A stretch of DNA of 64,000 nt from a virus (lineage: Duplodnaviria > Caudoviricetes), in the IMG/VR virus record IMGVR_UViG_3300020477_000013, positions 64,001 through 128,000 of that record; one strand, written 5' to 3'. Of the stretch, positions 46,792 through 56,790 are shown piece after piece. The notes under the pieces were generated by a model that did not search any database, was not told where the DNA came from, and worked only from the letters and a program-made list of their open reading frames with translations. Position numbers and translations under genes: made by a program. Every line of letters begins with the position of its first letter. The stretch's first letter is position 1.

Positions 46792-47034
46792 ATGGAAATG
46801 CTAAATAAGGTGTTAGGTTGGTTAAGAGGTTTAACGGAGGTGAGTGTATGCCTTCTTGCTCTTGCGGTTGTTCTTCAGCTTCTTTTTGGGGCTAGCGTGG
46901 CGTTTTTCCCCGTCGACGTTGTTGGTAATGTCATAGGCGTTACTAAGAGCTTAGGTGGAGAGGGCTTGGTAGGTCTTGTCTCAGTTGGACTACTCTATGT
47001 AATTCTACAGAGAGGGATCTCTAGGGCAGCCTAA
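46792..47034 (+). CDS. Small membrane protein (2 TM), possible holin/antiholin
   Basis: RBS AGGAG; hydrophobic segments. Confidence 0.6.
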   Translation: MEMLNKVLGWLRGLTEVSVCLLALAVVLQLLFGASVAFFPVDVVGNVIGVTKSLGGEGLVGLVSVGLLYVILQRGISRAA

Positions 47035-47061
47035 AGCTTTTGGCATTGGAGGTATTTTATT

Positions 47062-47247
47062 ATGAGAGCATTTATGGATGCAGTGTTAAGTAAATTAATC
47101 TCCAGAAAGCTGTTGGTTTTTTTGACGGCTACTGGACTTTCATTAGGGGGCAGCCTTGACTCTGATACATGGGGAATGGTTGCAATAGCATATATTGGCG
47201 CACAAGGTGTCGTTGATGTTGCAAAAATGTGGAAGCACGGAGCTTGA
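47062..47247 (+). CDS. Holin-like small 2-TM protein
   Basis: SRKLLVFLTA...WGMVAIAYIGAQGVVD, basic C-terminus. Confidence 0.6.
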   Translation: MRAFMDAVLSKLISRKLLVFLTATGLSLGGSLDSDTWGMVAIAYIGAQGVVDVAKMWKHGA

Positions 47248-47249
47248 TA

Positions 47250-47657
47250 ATGACCTGGTTAGCGGTGAAGTCAGCAACTAAGAAAGTATGGGTATGGTGT
47301 AAGCGTAACTGGAAATTTATAGTTGGCCTGGCCATTCCTTTGGTAATTGGTTTGCTGGCTCGCCGCTCGTTTGATTACAATAAAATAAATGAGAGGATTC
47401 AAGAAGATTACCGCAAAGAGATTAACGTTATCAATGAATCACATAAGATAGAAAAAGAAAATAATGAATTGGCTCATGAGAAATACAGGGATGCAGTTAA
47501 GCAAATTGAAGAGAAGTTTGCAGCTGAGGAAAAAGAGTTAACTCAAGCCAAGAAAAAAGAGATTAAAAAAATCATAAAAGAGAACATTGATGATCCTGAT
47601 GAGATCACCCGGCGCCTGTCACAAATTACTGGGTTTGAAATTCATAATAATGAATGA
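47250..47657 (+). CDS. N-terminal TM plus coiled-coil protein (i-spanin-like)
   Basis: WKFIVGLAIPLVIGLLARR followed by a long charged helix. Confidence 0.55.
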   Translation: MTWLAVKSATKKVWVWCKRNWKFIVGLAIPLVIGLLARRSFDYNKINERIQEDYRKEINVINESHKIEKENNELAHEKYRDAVKQIEEKFAAEEKELTQAKKKEIKKIIKENIDDPDEITRRLSQITGFEIHNNE

Positions 47658-47675
47658 TAATGGGCTATGAGGTGG

Positions 47676-47683
47676 ATATTTAA
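47676..47683 (+). promoter_or_regulatory. Putative late promoter (class L)
   Basis: ATATTTAA 30 nt upstream of 47714. Confidence 0.45.
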
Positions 47684-47713
47684 TCTTGTATGAATTATGG
47701 AGTATAGTACGAG

Positions 47714-49384
47714 ATGAAAAAACTAACTTTAAAAGAGCTAAGAAAGCTAATATTGCATGAAGTTAGGTCGCATTCACGAAAGCAGAAACATGTTTCTCTT
47801 GCATCACTTTTGTTTGAAGAAAAAGAAGAAGGTGAAGGAATTCCAAAGTTTACCGTTGTTGCGTTATACGGTCCTCCTGCTGCTGGAAAGGGTGCTGCTA
47901 AGGATTTTGTGAAAGGTAAATTCGGGGGTAACGAGCAAAAATCGACGATAGACGATTACATCTCGTCTCTGCCTTCGGATTCTCAAGATTCCGCGAAAAA
48001 GGATATCAAGGATACTATAGAGGCAGAAGAAGATGCATGGATGACTGGAATTACGACCGGCAGGTTTCCTACCGCAGTTTTTCTAGATCTTCATAACAAG
48101 GCACAGATGGATGCATCTAAGTGGGATGCTGCAGGTGCCGAGTACTGGCATCGAAATGAGACTGACCAGGGGGGTCCTGTCACGGACCTCATAGATGGTA
48201 AGACATATGTCAAGATTATGGAAGAGAATAACGGCGATGTCACATCTGCAGCTGAGCAGTTCTCAAAGTTTCCAGAGACGCAAAGCTGGTTTGCTCAAGC
48301 CAGGGGTTTTTCTAAGGCACCTCCCGGCATGGAAGATTTAGAACAATACATGGGCTCAGAGATGGTTGACGGTAAGGAGCGAACACTTAAAATTCGCAAT
48401 GCCGCTGCAGATGATTACATCGGCAAGGTGGAAGCCTCTATCGAATCGATGATGGGTGATGCAAAGAAATATGGCTCTTTATTTTTAGCCGACCAGGCTG
48501 GCGAAAGTACTACGAATTTAGAGCGCATCGGCGCATTAGGAAAATTACGTGACAAGGGTGTGAGGGTCATAGGCGTCTATATCCACCAGCCCAAAGAAAG
48601 AACGACAATAGCAAATCTTCATAGAAAGTCGATGGATAGAGGCGGCCGCCGTGTCGCCCAATCGGAGGTCGATGCGATCGCTGATGCTGGGCCCACTATC
48701 GATATTGAGAAAAATGAGATTTCACCCGCCAACCGAGGTAAAGCAATTCAGGCCATGTGGGATAATGACTTTGACGGAATTTACGTCTACCACCCAGGTA
48801 AAGAGTTTGATTACGAACAGCAAGCTCAGGGTGTGACGTCTGGTGGTGATATAGGGGACGTGCCGATTGCATCTTCTATCTGCGAGCCTTTCGGCGACGG
48901 AATGGGCATGTTAGATATTGAGGGATGCGATGATGAAAAAGTACATCCAGGTAAAAGGGGTAAAAAAGTTGGTGCAGGATCCCTTAGGGGTCTCGAGGCA
49001 AAGCTGGCTAAGAAAGCCGGCGTTGGTGATAAAGATGAAACAGGGTACCTACCGGCATTTGAGGATTTAGACTCTGATGATCGCAAAGCAGTCGTTGACG
49101 TTCTCAACAGCAATTATGGATTCTCAGGTGTGACAGATAAGCACTTACAGAGCTATCTGACATTATATGCCCCGGGAGGTGCAAACAGGAGCCCGGGCTA
49201 CGGAAAGAAGAAAGATTTCGGTAATAACCCTTATGCAAAAGATCTTTTTAAAAATATGTCTGCTGACATATCAATACCCATTCGCGAGCCTGATGAAGAC
49301 ACAAAGAAAGAGTGTATTCTTGCAAAGAAGGGTGATGAGCTAATACTGGAAAGATGGCAGAAGCTAGCAGGGATAATAAAATGA
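47714..49384 (+). CDS. Doubly tagged P-loop kinase, zeta-toxin/AAA_33-like
   Basis: MKKLTLKELRKLILHE; GPPAAGKG; VIGVYIHQP..R....N..R....GGRRV; C-terminal ERWQKLAGIIK. Confidence 0.7.
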   Translation: MKKLTLKELRKLILHEVRSHSRKQKHVSLASLLFEEKEEGEGIPKFTVVALYGPPAAGKGAAKDFVKGKFGGNEQKSTIDDYISSLPSDSQDSAKKDIKDTIEAEEDAWMTGITTGRFPTAVFLDLHNKAQMDASKWDAAGAEYWHRNETDQGGPVTDLIDGKTYVKIMEENNGDVTSAAEQFSKFPETQSWFAQARGFSKAPPGMEDLEQYMGSEMVDGKERTLKIRNAAADDYIGKVEASIESMMGDAKKYGSLFLADQAGESTTNLERIGALGKLRDKGVRVIGVYIHQPKERTTIANLHRKSMDRGGRRVAQSEVDAIADAGPTIDIEKNEISPANRGKAIQAMWDNDFDGIYVYHPGKEFDYEQQAQGVTSGGDIGDVPIASSICEPFGDGMGMLDIEGCDDEKVHPGKRGKKVGAGSLRGLEAKLAKKAGVGDKDETGYLPAFEDLDSDDRKAVVDVLNSNYGFSGVTDKHLQSYLTLYAPGGANRSPGYGKKKDFGNNPYAKDLFKNMSADISIPIREPDEDTKKECILAKKGDELILERWQKLAGIIK

Positions 49385-49866
49385 TAAAACGCAGGATTAA
49401 AAAAATAGCATTGAGCATATGCTTTTTCTTTACTGTATTTACATGCACATTTCAATCGGTTGCTATAGCTGATGAGCCTGTCATTGCCCCCAAGGTGTCT
49501 ACTCTAAAAAAGGGTGATACCGCTCCGTTTGACGGAACATTATTTAGCACTGACGCTGCAGCAAGTTTGCTGGTGGATTTAGAGAATAGGCAAAAGCAAT
49601 GTGACATACAGAAAAGTAGGGAGCTGAGTCTATTAAGGTCAGAGTTACAGCTGAAGATTGACCTTAAGCAATCTGCATTTGATGCACTGCAGTATAAGCA
49701 TACCAACATACTATCAATCAAAGAAGATCAAATTAAATTTTTGCAAGGACAGTTGAAACCCACACCATGGTATGAATCTGGCGAGTTTTGGTTTGCCATG
49801 GGAATAGTGGGGGGTATCCTTATAACCGTGGGTGCCGGATATGCAATTGGTCAGGCTTCAAAGTAA
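49381..49866 (+). CDS. Signal peptide + coiled coil + C-terminal TM protein (spanin-like)
   Basis: SVAIA-DEP signal; periplasmic coiled coil; FWFAMGIVGGILITVGAGYAI. Confidence 0.55.
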   Translation: MIKRRIKKIALSICFFFTVFTCTFQSVAIADEPVIAPKVSTLKKGDTAPFDGTLFSTDAAASLLVDLENRQKQCDIQKSRELSLLRSELQLKIDLKQSAFDALQYKHTNILSIKEDQIKFLQGQLKPTPWYESGEFWFAMGIVGGILITVGAGYAIGQASK

Positions 49867-49880
49867 CGAAGGATAATATT

Positions 49881-51110
49881 ATGAGCATTCATGTTAAAAA
49901 AGATGCAATTCGCGGCCTTTTGAGGAAGGCATTATTTGAGCAGGTAGGCGGTGGATGGGCAGCTGGTGATGTAGATTCCGCTCAAGGATTTCATGCCACA
50001 GATGAAGAAGAGACGACAATCCCAAGTGAAGTACCTGTTGAGGCATCAGACCAGATGGCAATGCAGCTCACACAAGACAGGCCACCTATAGAAGATGAAG
50101 ACTTTACACCATCGAGCCCTACTGAGCTCGGCCTAGCTGCTGACGCATGGGGGCGCTTGGTTCCAGATGATCAAGTCGAATATTTTTACGAGAAAATTAA
50201 GCTTATATATGACGCTGCTCTTGATAGACATAATACACCACAAGAAGAAGAGGAAGATATTGAGGTTAGCGAGGAAGAAGAGGAAGTTGAGAAAACAAAT
50301 GAATCTTTTGTGCGCCGCCCAGGCCTAGGGCGTCAGGCTTCAAGGGTTGTTGAGCAGCTCGGTCTAGATGATTTCTTCTCAGCCGAAGAGTATGACGAGT
50401 ATCGTGGTATCGATGACGCCCCTGAGGATGATGAAGTTCCCCAGTTTTCGAGTTCTTCTGGGGAAAATTTGGATGACCTTGCCTCCAAATTCGGTTATAG
50501 CGGTGCCAGCGGGGTGAGACAAGATTTGGAGAGAATTTTTAAGCGCCTAGGTTTTACGGTAGAGAATATAACCGACGAGAAGCTTGATGCGGTCCGCACG
50601 TATGCACAGTCGGAATTTATAGATGAGCTACTATCACAAGAATTTATAGATGAGGAAGACGCTGCAGAGCTTAAGAAAAATCCGGGTGAGGTTTCTGGTT
50701 TAGACTCATTTAGGTTTTTCTTTGTGAGTGGTTTTATGTTACCTGCATACCAGAAGATATTACGTGATGCACGAAAGAGGGTAGAGGCAGAAGTAGATAA
50801 GATTGGGCTACCCAAAAAGACGCGACAGACGGTTATGAACCAGGCTCTTGGTGACACCCCCCGCAGGATGGATAAGTTAGCTGCAAAGCTTACTAGGGAT
50901 GCAGCATCTGAAGGAATGTCACCGGAAGAGGCAGATGCAATGCTACAAAAGACGATAGACCTTTTTCCCACACTTTCAAAAATAGGAAGTGCAGAGGGTG
51001 ACTTAGTTGCGACCGCAATGGATATCTGGTCTGCCGCAGGGAATGCAAAGAAGAAGCGGGTAATGTCAAAAGCCCTCCAGTCAACTGCTGAATTTCAAGA
51101 TCTAGAATAA
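49881..51110 (+). CDS. Leader-tagged acidic hypothetical protein
   Basis: KDAIRGLLRKALFE. Confidence 0.7.
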   Translation: MSIHVKKDAIRGLLRKALFEQVGGGWAAGDVDSAQGFHATDEEETTIPSEVPVEASDQMAMQLTQDRPPIEDEDFTPSSPTELGLAADAWGRLVPDDQVEYFYEKIKLIYDAALDRHNTPQEEEEDIEVSEEEEEVEKTNESFVRRPGLGRQASRVVEQLGLDDFFSAEEYDEYRGIDDAPEDDEVPQFSSSSGENLDDLASKFGYSGASGVRQDLERIFKRLGFTVENITDEKLDAVRTYAQSEFIDELLSQEFIDEEDAAELKKNPGEVSGLDSFRFFFVSGFMLPAYQKILRDARKRVEAEVDKIGLPKKTRQTVMNQALGDTPRRMDKLAAKLTRDAASEGMSPEEADAMLQKTIDLFPTLSKIGSAEGDLVATAMDIWSAAGNAKKKRVMSKALQSTAEFQDLE

Positions 51111-51124
51111 GGGGGTAGCTTTTT

Positions 51125-51553
51125 ATGAGTGCTATTCTTTTAAAGGAAATGATGCAGGGGTACTTTGATGAAGTTGAATGCGGCGATTCGGGGTACCTAG
51201 ATTTTTCATATGATGTACCTACCATTAAGCTTCATGATCTTCCTGTGGCAAAGATGGAATCAACATGGGAGATTATTGACAGCCCACGCAGGCTAATGAA
51301 ATCTTTTCATATTAATGATCCAACACTACGTAAAGAATTTGTGAATGAGCTTCTTGACTATGAAGACTCTGTCGGTCATAACGCTAAGATTACCATAGAC
51401 TCAAGTAGCATCATTGTAGAAGTGTATACACATGATGTTAATGATGTGACTGAGATTGACAAAGAATATGCCCAAGCCGCAGATGATATACACACTGATA
51501 TTTTACATTATGACACAAAGGTAATAGATGATGAGCAATACTTTGGAGCCTAG
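51125..51553 (+). CDS. Pterin-4a-carbinolamine dehydratase-like protein
   Basis: W...RRLMKSF...EFV......GHNAKI...VEVYTHDVNDVTEID..YA...D. Confidence 0.7.
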   Translation: MSAILLKEMMQGYFDEVECGDSGYLDFSYDVPTIKLHDLPVAKMESTWEIIDSPRRLMKSFHINDPTLRKEFVNELLDYEDSVGHNAKITIDSSSIIVEVYTHDVNDVTEIDKEYAQAADDIHTDILHYDTKVIDDEQYFGA

Positions 51554-51947
51554 TAAGGAGTACAACCGTGTTTTGTCAAATCCTGACAACTTTATTGCTA
51601 GTGATAGCCTTCTAGAGGTTCTAGGCTCAGAGTGGCTTAATGAAGAGTCCCCCAGCGAATTAGTGAGCTGGAGATGTTCTCTAAGGTTTTCTAATTTTAG
51701 TTTGGGCGGAGAGCTTGTGTCAGTCAGTATTAAGAAAAAAACTAAGTCATTAGCAATTCGGTGTGAGGCAAAAGACATTATGAATTTGCTTAATGATACA
51801 TGTTTGAAGTCATTTTGTGTTGAGAGTATACCCGAGGGAACCGTCATCGTTGAAGAACATGGGCTTCCTGTGATGATTGATATTCAACTAGAAGGTTCAT
51901 ATCATGCGTTAGTTTTAGTGACGCTTAAACAATTACAGGATAATTAA
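51528..51947 (+). CDS. Hypothetical protein
   Basis: ORF in operon context only. Confidence 0.6.
   Translation: MMSNTLEPSKEYNRVLSNPDNFIASDSLLEVLGSEWLNEESPSELVSWRCSLRFSNFSLGGELVSVSIKKKTKSLAIRCEAKDIMNLLNDTCLKSFCVESIPEGTVIVEEHGLPVMIDIQLEGSYHALVLVTLKQLQDN
51940..51947 (+). promoter_or_regulatory. Putative late promoter (class L)
   Basis: ATAATTAA 18 nt upstream of 51966. Confidence 0.5.
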
Positions 51948-51965
51948 TTATAACAGGGGATTCAT

Positions 51966-52148
51966 ATGAAAAAAGCGTACCAGTTTGATAAATTCATGAA
52001 AGACATCGTTAAGAGAGAGCAAGACAAAAAGCCTGTTATCCATGAAAATGATGAATACGAGGAATCGCTACAGCGCCAGTATCGAAAGCGCTATGCCGAA
52101 AAGTGGCAAAATCGTATCAAGTATAACACTAGGGGAAACCGTGGCTAA
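51966..52148 (+). CDS. Small basic hypothetical protein
   Basis: RBS AGGGGA; overlaps the next gene. Confidence 0.7.
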   Translation: MKKAYQFDKFMKDIVKREQDKKPVIHENDEYEESLQRQYRKRYAEKWQNRIKYNTRGNRG

Positions 52149-52797
52149 ATTTATCATTAAAGATGAGATAGAGCTTGAGAAGTATCTTTCTCGTATCGTG
52201 AGGGAAGCAGCAGCTGATGCCGTTGCTACATCCGGCCGTGATGAGCGAAAAAGGCAACGTATGATGGACGATCTTACTAGCGATTTCGAAAAGAAAAATT
52301 CTAAAGATGAAGTTGACGAAGCCGAGGGTGACGAAGAAGATGCGGCACCTGCTGACGAGAAAGAGAAAGATGTACCGTCCGCAGATGTAAAAAAACCTTC
52401 TGAGCAGAAGGTGGCAGACGCTGGACTCCGTGATATCATTAAGACTCTAAATGTGATGAGGTCAGGTAGGTCAACGAAAGATCCTGAAGTTAAGAAGGCA
52501 CTTAAGAGTTATGTTGATGGGTTAACATCCGGCGAGCAACAGTCTCTCTACGCATTCCTATCAGGTTTATCTGAAATGATGGTCGGTGGTGAGACTGGTA
52601 AGGAGGCGACTGATCCTCAGCAGGTGGGATTAAAGACGAAGCCTATAGGCTCTGCTGACGAGGTTGAGCGTCAAGATGTCAAGGTTAAGGTTAAAAAGAC
52701 TGAGAAGAGAGGTACTGAGTCAGCACCGATAGTTGTCGGCGAGAATGCTGATAAGTCTCATGAGTTACGCCGCTTGAACGAATTGAGGAGAGGATGA
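52141..52797 (+). CDS. Leader-tagged hypothetical protein
   Basis: GTG 52141; LEKYLSRIVREA. Confidence 0.7.
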   Translation: MAKFIIKDEIELEKYLSRIVREAAADAVATSGRDERKRQRMMDDLTSDFEKKNSKDEVDEAEGDEEDAAPADEKEKDVPSADVKKPSEQKVADAGLRDIIKTLNVMRSGRSTKDPEVKKALKSYVDGLTSGEQQSLYAFLSGLSEMMVGGETGKEATDPQQVGLKTKPIGSADEVERQDVKVKVKKTEKRGTESAPIVVGENADKSHELRRLNELRRG

Positions 52798-52801
52798 AGC
52801 C

Positions 52802-53074
52802 ATGAAGACTTTGAAATTAAGGGCTGCGATTAGAAATATCATTGATGAGGCAAAACATGATCCTGGCCAGGAGACCCACCTCACTATTACTGGGAAAGTT
52901 GTACCATTCGGATGTAAGACGTGTGTTAATGATTTAGAGCACAGGATCGAAGATGCGAAAGTGAGGAGGGACACATGCCCTCATCGCTCCGACTCAAGGG
53001 AACACTACAATGGGCTGCTCCGTGTTTTACGTAGGGAATTGAGGAGCGCTAGAAAAACCTTCGAGGGATCTTAG
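52802..53074 (+). CDS. Leader-tagged small protein with CxxC / C-x-H motifs
   Basis: LRAAIRNIIDE; CKTC...CPHR...HY. Confidence 0.7.
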   Translation: MKTLKLRAAIRNIIDEAKHDPGQETHLTITGKVVPFGCKTCVNDLEHRIEDAKVRRDTCPHRSDSREHYNGLLRVLRRELRSARKTFEGS

Positions 53075-53102
53075 TGCATTTTTTTATGATAGATGGTATA
53101 AT
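53075..53102 (+). promoter_or_regulatory. Putative class E promoter (divergent -35)
   Basis: TGCATT-N16-TATAAT. Confidence 0.4.
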
Positions 53103-53132
53103 CAATACCTGATTATATAAGGAGCATTGCAC

Positions 53133-54431
53133 ATGGGAGCCCTAGCAGGTCATCTAAGTCATTTACAAGAGAACCTTGATTTCACCTTTGGCGAACTTAA
53201 GTCGATCCTTTCAAGCATTGTTTCTGGGGATACACCGGTTGTCGAAAAAGTTGATGGCCAAAATATATTCTTTTCTTTTAGCGTCGATCCTACGACAGGT
53301 GCTGTAAGAACTGCAAGAAACAAGGGCGACCTCGCAAAGGGGGGAATGACCCCGGACGAGTTTTCCTCAAAATGGGAAGGTCATCCTGCACAAGATGCAT
53401 TTATGAATGGCTTTAACGCAATCGAGGCCGGCCTGTCCGGCATAGGTGGTTCAACCCTTAAGACAATCTTTACTCCACAAAACGAGGGAGGTAAGAGATT
53501 CATTAATGCGGAGATTGTTTACACCGGGAACCCGAATGTCATCAACTATGGCGGTGATTATATTGTAATGCATAACCTGCAAGAGTTTGATGAAGCAGGA
53601 AAGTTAACTGACATTCAGCTGCAGGGTGGAGATTTTGCCTCTCTAGTGAGTGCTGTTGAATCTGCACAGCAGGATGCTGATGCCAAGGGATGGGCTGTGA
53701 TAGGTCCTCAAGTGGTAGAACTGCAGGACTTGAGTATGTCCGATATTTTAGAGAGTGTCAATGCCGGCATCGATTCCTTGGGCATTTCTGATAGTATGAC
53801 ATTAGGCGACTTCGTAGCAGAAAAACTCCGCATCGGAAAGGTAGGTAATTTGCCTATTTCTGTTAATAAGCAGGAAGACTTAATTCGTAGGATTATTGAA
53901 ATTGGCCAGGGGGTAGAGTCAAAAGACCTCCCTCCGTTAGCCGACATCAAGAAAGGCCTTCCTAAAGATGTACAGAAGCAGATTAGCTCTATGGCCACGC
54001 AGGCAAATGCCATGAAGGTGATTGGGGCTATTCTTGCACCTGTAGAGTTAGTTATCCACAATCTTGCTGTTGAGGTCCTCCGTGGGCTTTCCTCTGCCCT
54101 TTCTGGCGGTCATGATGAAGAGATTTCGCGACTGAAGTCTGAATTAGATACCGCAGTAGAAAAAATTAATTCCGCTAAAGATTCTAAGAGTGATGCTAGG
54201 CGTGAGATGCTAAAGAAGCAATTGGATAAATTAGGTTCTTCTAAAAATATTTCATCTAGTATGGAAGGAATTGTGTTTGAGCATCCACCGGGCAGTAAGT
54301 CGCTTTACAAGCTAACTGGTGCTTTCGCACCCCTAAATCAGATTATCGGTGCCTCTTATCGGATTCCAAAGGTTCAGAATGAATCTCTACTACGTAATTA
54401 TGTAAGGGAATTTATGGGTGGGTTGATGTGA
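53133..54431 (+). CDS. ATP-dependent ligase / nucleotidyltransferase-like protein (KxDG) with C-terminal tag
   Basis: VEKVDGQN; RNKG; NAEIV; EGIVF; YKLTG; C-terminal NESLLRNYVREF; RBS AAGGAG. Confidence 0.7.
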   Translation: MGALAGHLSHLQENLDFTFGELKSILSSIVSGDTPVVEKVDGQNIFFSFSVDPTTGAVRTARNKGDLAKGGMTPDEFSSKWEGHPAQDAFMNGFNAIEAGLSGIGGSTLKTIFTPQNEGGKRFINAEIVYTGNPNVINYGGDYIVMHNLQEFDEAGKLTDIQLQGGDFASLVSAVESAQQDADAKGWAVIGPQVVELQDLSMSDILESVNAGIDSLGISDSMTLGDFVAEKLRIGKVGNLPISVNKQEDLIRRIIEIGQGVESKDLPPLADIKKGLPKDVQKQISSMATQANAMKVIGAILAPVELVIHNLAVEVLRGLSSALSGGHDEEISRLKSELDTAVEKINSAKDSKSDARREMLKKQLDKLGSSKNISSSMEGIVFEHPPGSKSLYKLTGAFAPLNQIIGASYRIPKVQNESLLRNYVREFMGGLM

Positions 54432-56449
54432 GTGACCAATTAATACGAGAGTGGATTCGCCTTGTGCTGGCAGAAGGCCATGGCTTGCTGCAAGAGGCCG
54501 GCCTTACTGGATCTGAATTTAATAAGCCTGCTATTATTTACCCCACCACTGGTAAGATTGTCCGCCCTGAACGATTCAAGGTTTTCAAGTGGAAGATAAC
54601 GGGACAGCCGCTAGACAAGAAAGAGCTAGAATTTGCTGAAAGTATCGGATATGAATTCCCTCTAGAGAACGCATTTGTTATTAATAGTACCCAACTATTA
54701 GAGGCTGACCCTGATCTTGCTGATCCAAATAATCGAGAGAGCTCTTGGGTGACCAAGGTAGAAATAGTCGAAGATAAAAACAGCGAACTTCTAGCTGCAC
54801 TAGAAGCAGAAGATAGTAGCGCATACAACGCAGCCCTTAAAAATGGTGTTACAGTCAGGCCTATTGACACCCCCCCACCTGGTGTTACGTCATCGACCGG
54901 CCAGGTTCCTGGGCTAGATAAAGACGGTAATTTTGTGATTAATAGTGGTGCGTTGTTTCTAAAGACTAAAGAGTTTAGCCCTAGGGGCGGCTCTACTGGT
55001 AAAAGGATTAGCCTGGGTGTCTTAAGCGAACTTGGCCTTGAAGATGCAGTTAACCAACTAGCATCATCCGAGAAGCCTATGCCACTAGCAATAGTAAATG
55101 AAGGATCTTCAGGCCTTAAACGCTTTCCTTCCACCGGATGGCTTTGGGTTACCGGTGCAACTCAGGCAGGTTCTTCGAAAGTAGCTGGTCAGGTCTCTAA
55201 GTCGGATATCAATTTTGACCTTGCAACGGGGGGTACTCTAGGGATAAGTTTGAAACTACCGTCTGCAGAGAACTGGCTATCTGCTGACACATTAACAGAG
55301 AAGTTTCAAACGTACGTTAAAGACATGATCTGTAAAGAAGATTTGTCCAGGGATGGATCTGAACCTTGCAGATGTACAAATGGAATACAAACTGATAAGG
55401 GTGTTGCTAGGATTATAAATGTAGGTGGCATATATTATCCGGTTTTGGATAAGGGTGATCTAGGAGACTGGTGGAAAGCTCCTCTCCCGGCTGATCGTCG
55501 ACCTCCGGCTTCCGGTCCCAATTTTTCTCTACCCTGGCCGGAAGATGAGAGAGTTCAATTAATGGACCATGCCGTTTTTGGACCTTCAGGAAATAAAGTT
55601 GATGTAGTTGTTAGCGGGGAATACTACGCTAATCCTGCTGCTGATGAATGGGGTAAAGGGGAAGGAAAGTACCCGAATATTTACGTTTCTGAAGAAAGAA
55701 TGCCCATCTCAAAAATTTCCCCTGAAGCATTGAAGGCTTTAACGAGTGAGGGTGCTCAAGTCGCTGATGATCACATTGAACTTGACGCAATCATTATTAG
55801 TGGCGAGGCTTTTACTACTATTGACGAGCTAACAGCTAAGATGATGCCTGTGGCAATATTACGTAGAGAAGGCACCCGAGGCCTCAAGTGGGGAACTGAA
55901 CTTGATGGTACTATTCTCGCGACAAAGGGACTGAGGCTAAGTTTTGTGATGGCATCTCGTGTTTCCGGTGCAACAGCCGAATTATCAGGTGCTTCGGTTG
56001 ATCTTTCACCTTGTCCTGTGGCGACAGACCCCGTTCCCGGTGAGGATTCAGATAGGTATTTGCCAATGAAGCTTGGAGAGAGGTTGCTAAGAAAGCTTGT
56101 TCGTGAGTCTTTAATTCTAGAAGAGCTTACCAAATCGGACAAGAAAGAGATTGAAAAGATTGCTAGAAAGCAAATTGCCAAGGACATGTTGGCCAAGAAA
56201 GAAATAGAGAAGATAGCAAAGAAGCAAGTAGAAGACGGGATCAAGAAAGCATTAGGCGTTTCATTTTTAGGGACAAAGGGTGACATTAATAAGTTTGTGT
56301 CTGATGTTACGAAAGACCACGCAGATAAGTGGCTTACAGATAAGTCTACTAAAGATGAAATAGCAGATATCACTAAGGCAGTGATGAAAAAATTGTATAA
56401 GGATTTGTCGTTCACATATCCGAATTTAATAGATAGGATTAAGGTATAG
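54428..56449 (+). CDS. Leader-tagged PD-(D/E)xK nuclease-like protein with a motif-delimited C-terminal helical module
   Basis: DQLIREWIRLVLAE; KSDINF...GISLK; internal RLLRKLVRESLILEE. Confidence 0.6.
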   Translation: MSDQLIREWIRLVLAEGHGLLQEAGLTGSEFNKPAIIYPTTGKIVRPERFKVFKWKITGQPLDKKELEFAESIGYEFPLENAFVINSTQLLEADPDLADPNNRESSWVTKVEIVEDKNSELLAALEAEDSSAYNAALKNGVTVRPIDTPPPGVTSSTGQVPGLDKDGNFVINSGALFLKTKEFSPRGGSTGKRISLGVLSELGLEDAVNQLASSEKPMPLAIVNEGSSGLKRFPSTGWLWVTGATQAGSSKVAGQVSKSDINFDLATGGTLGISLKLPSAENWLSADTLTEKFQTYVKDMICKEDLSRDGSEPCRCTNGIQTDKGVARIINVGGIYYPVLDKGDLGDWWKAPLPADRRPPASGPNFSLPWPEDERVQLMDHAVFGPSGNKVDVVVSGEYYANPAADEWGKGEGKYPNIYVSEERMPISKISPEALKALTSEGAQVADDHIELDAIIISGEAFTTIDELTAKMMPVAILRREGTRGLKWGTELDGTILATKGLRLSFVMASRVSGATAELSGASVDLSPCPVATDPVPGEDSDRYLPMKLGERLLRKLVRESLILEELTKSDKKEIEKIARKQIAKDMLAKKEIEKIAKKQVEDGIKKALGVSFLGTKGDINKFVSDVTKDHADKWLTDKSTKDEIADITKAVMKKLYKDLSFTYPNLIDRIKV

Positions 56450-56451
56450 CT

Positions 56452-56790
56452 ATGAAAATTACAAAGAAAGAACTAAGAAGAATTATCAAGGAAGAAAAAC
56501 AGGGGCTTTTAAGAGAGGCATGGATGGCTAACTCTGGAGGTTCATTTAGCCCGATGGCGTCACGTGCTGATTCTGAGTTTGCTGAGATGATTAGGGAAGC
56601 CGGCCCAGGCAGCGCTGTAGGTGACTACCCAAGAGACGAAAGGGACTGGGTCGAGATGTTAGGACAATTAATTGACCAAGATCTGACGTCTCGTGGTGTA
56701 TGGTATGAAGATGAAGGTGCAGCAGTGATGAGGGCACTTGAGAGCCTCAGGCTCCAGATTAGTGACAGTATGAGAGGCCCCACACGATGA
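56452..56790 (+). CDS. Leader-tagged small protein
   Basis: MKITKKELRRIIKEE...LLRE. Confidence 0.8.
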   Translation: MKITKKELRRIIKEEKQGLLREAWMANSGGSFSPMASRADSEFAEMIREAGPGSAVGDYPRDERDWVEMLGQLIDQDLTSRGVWYEDEGAAVMRALESLRLQISDSMRGPTR

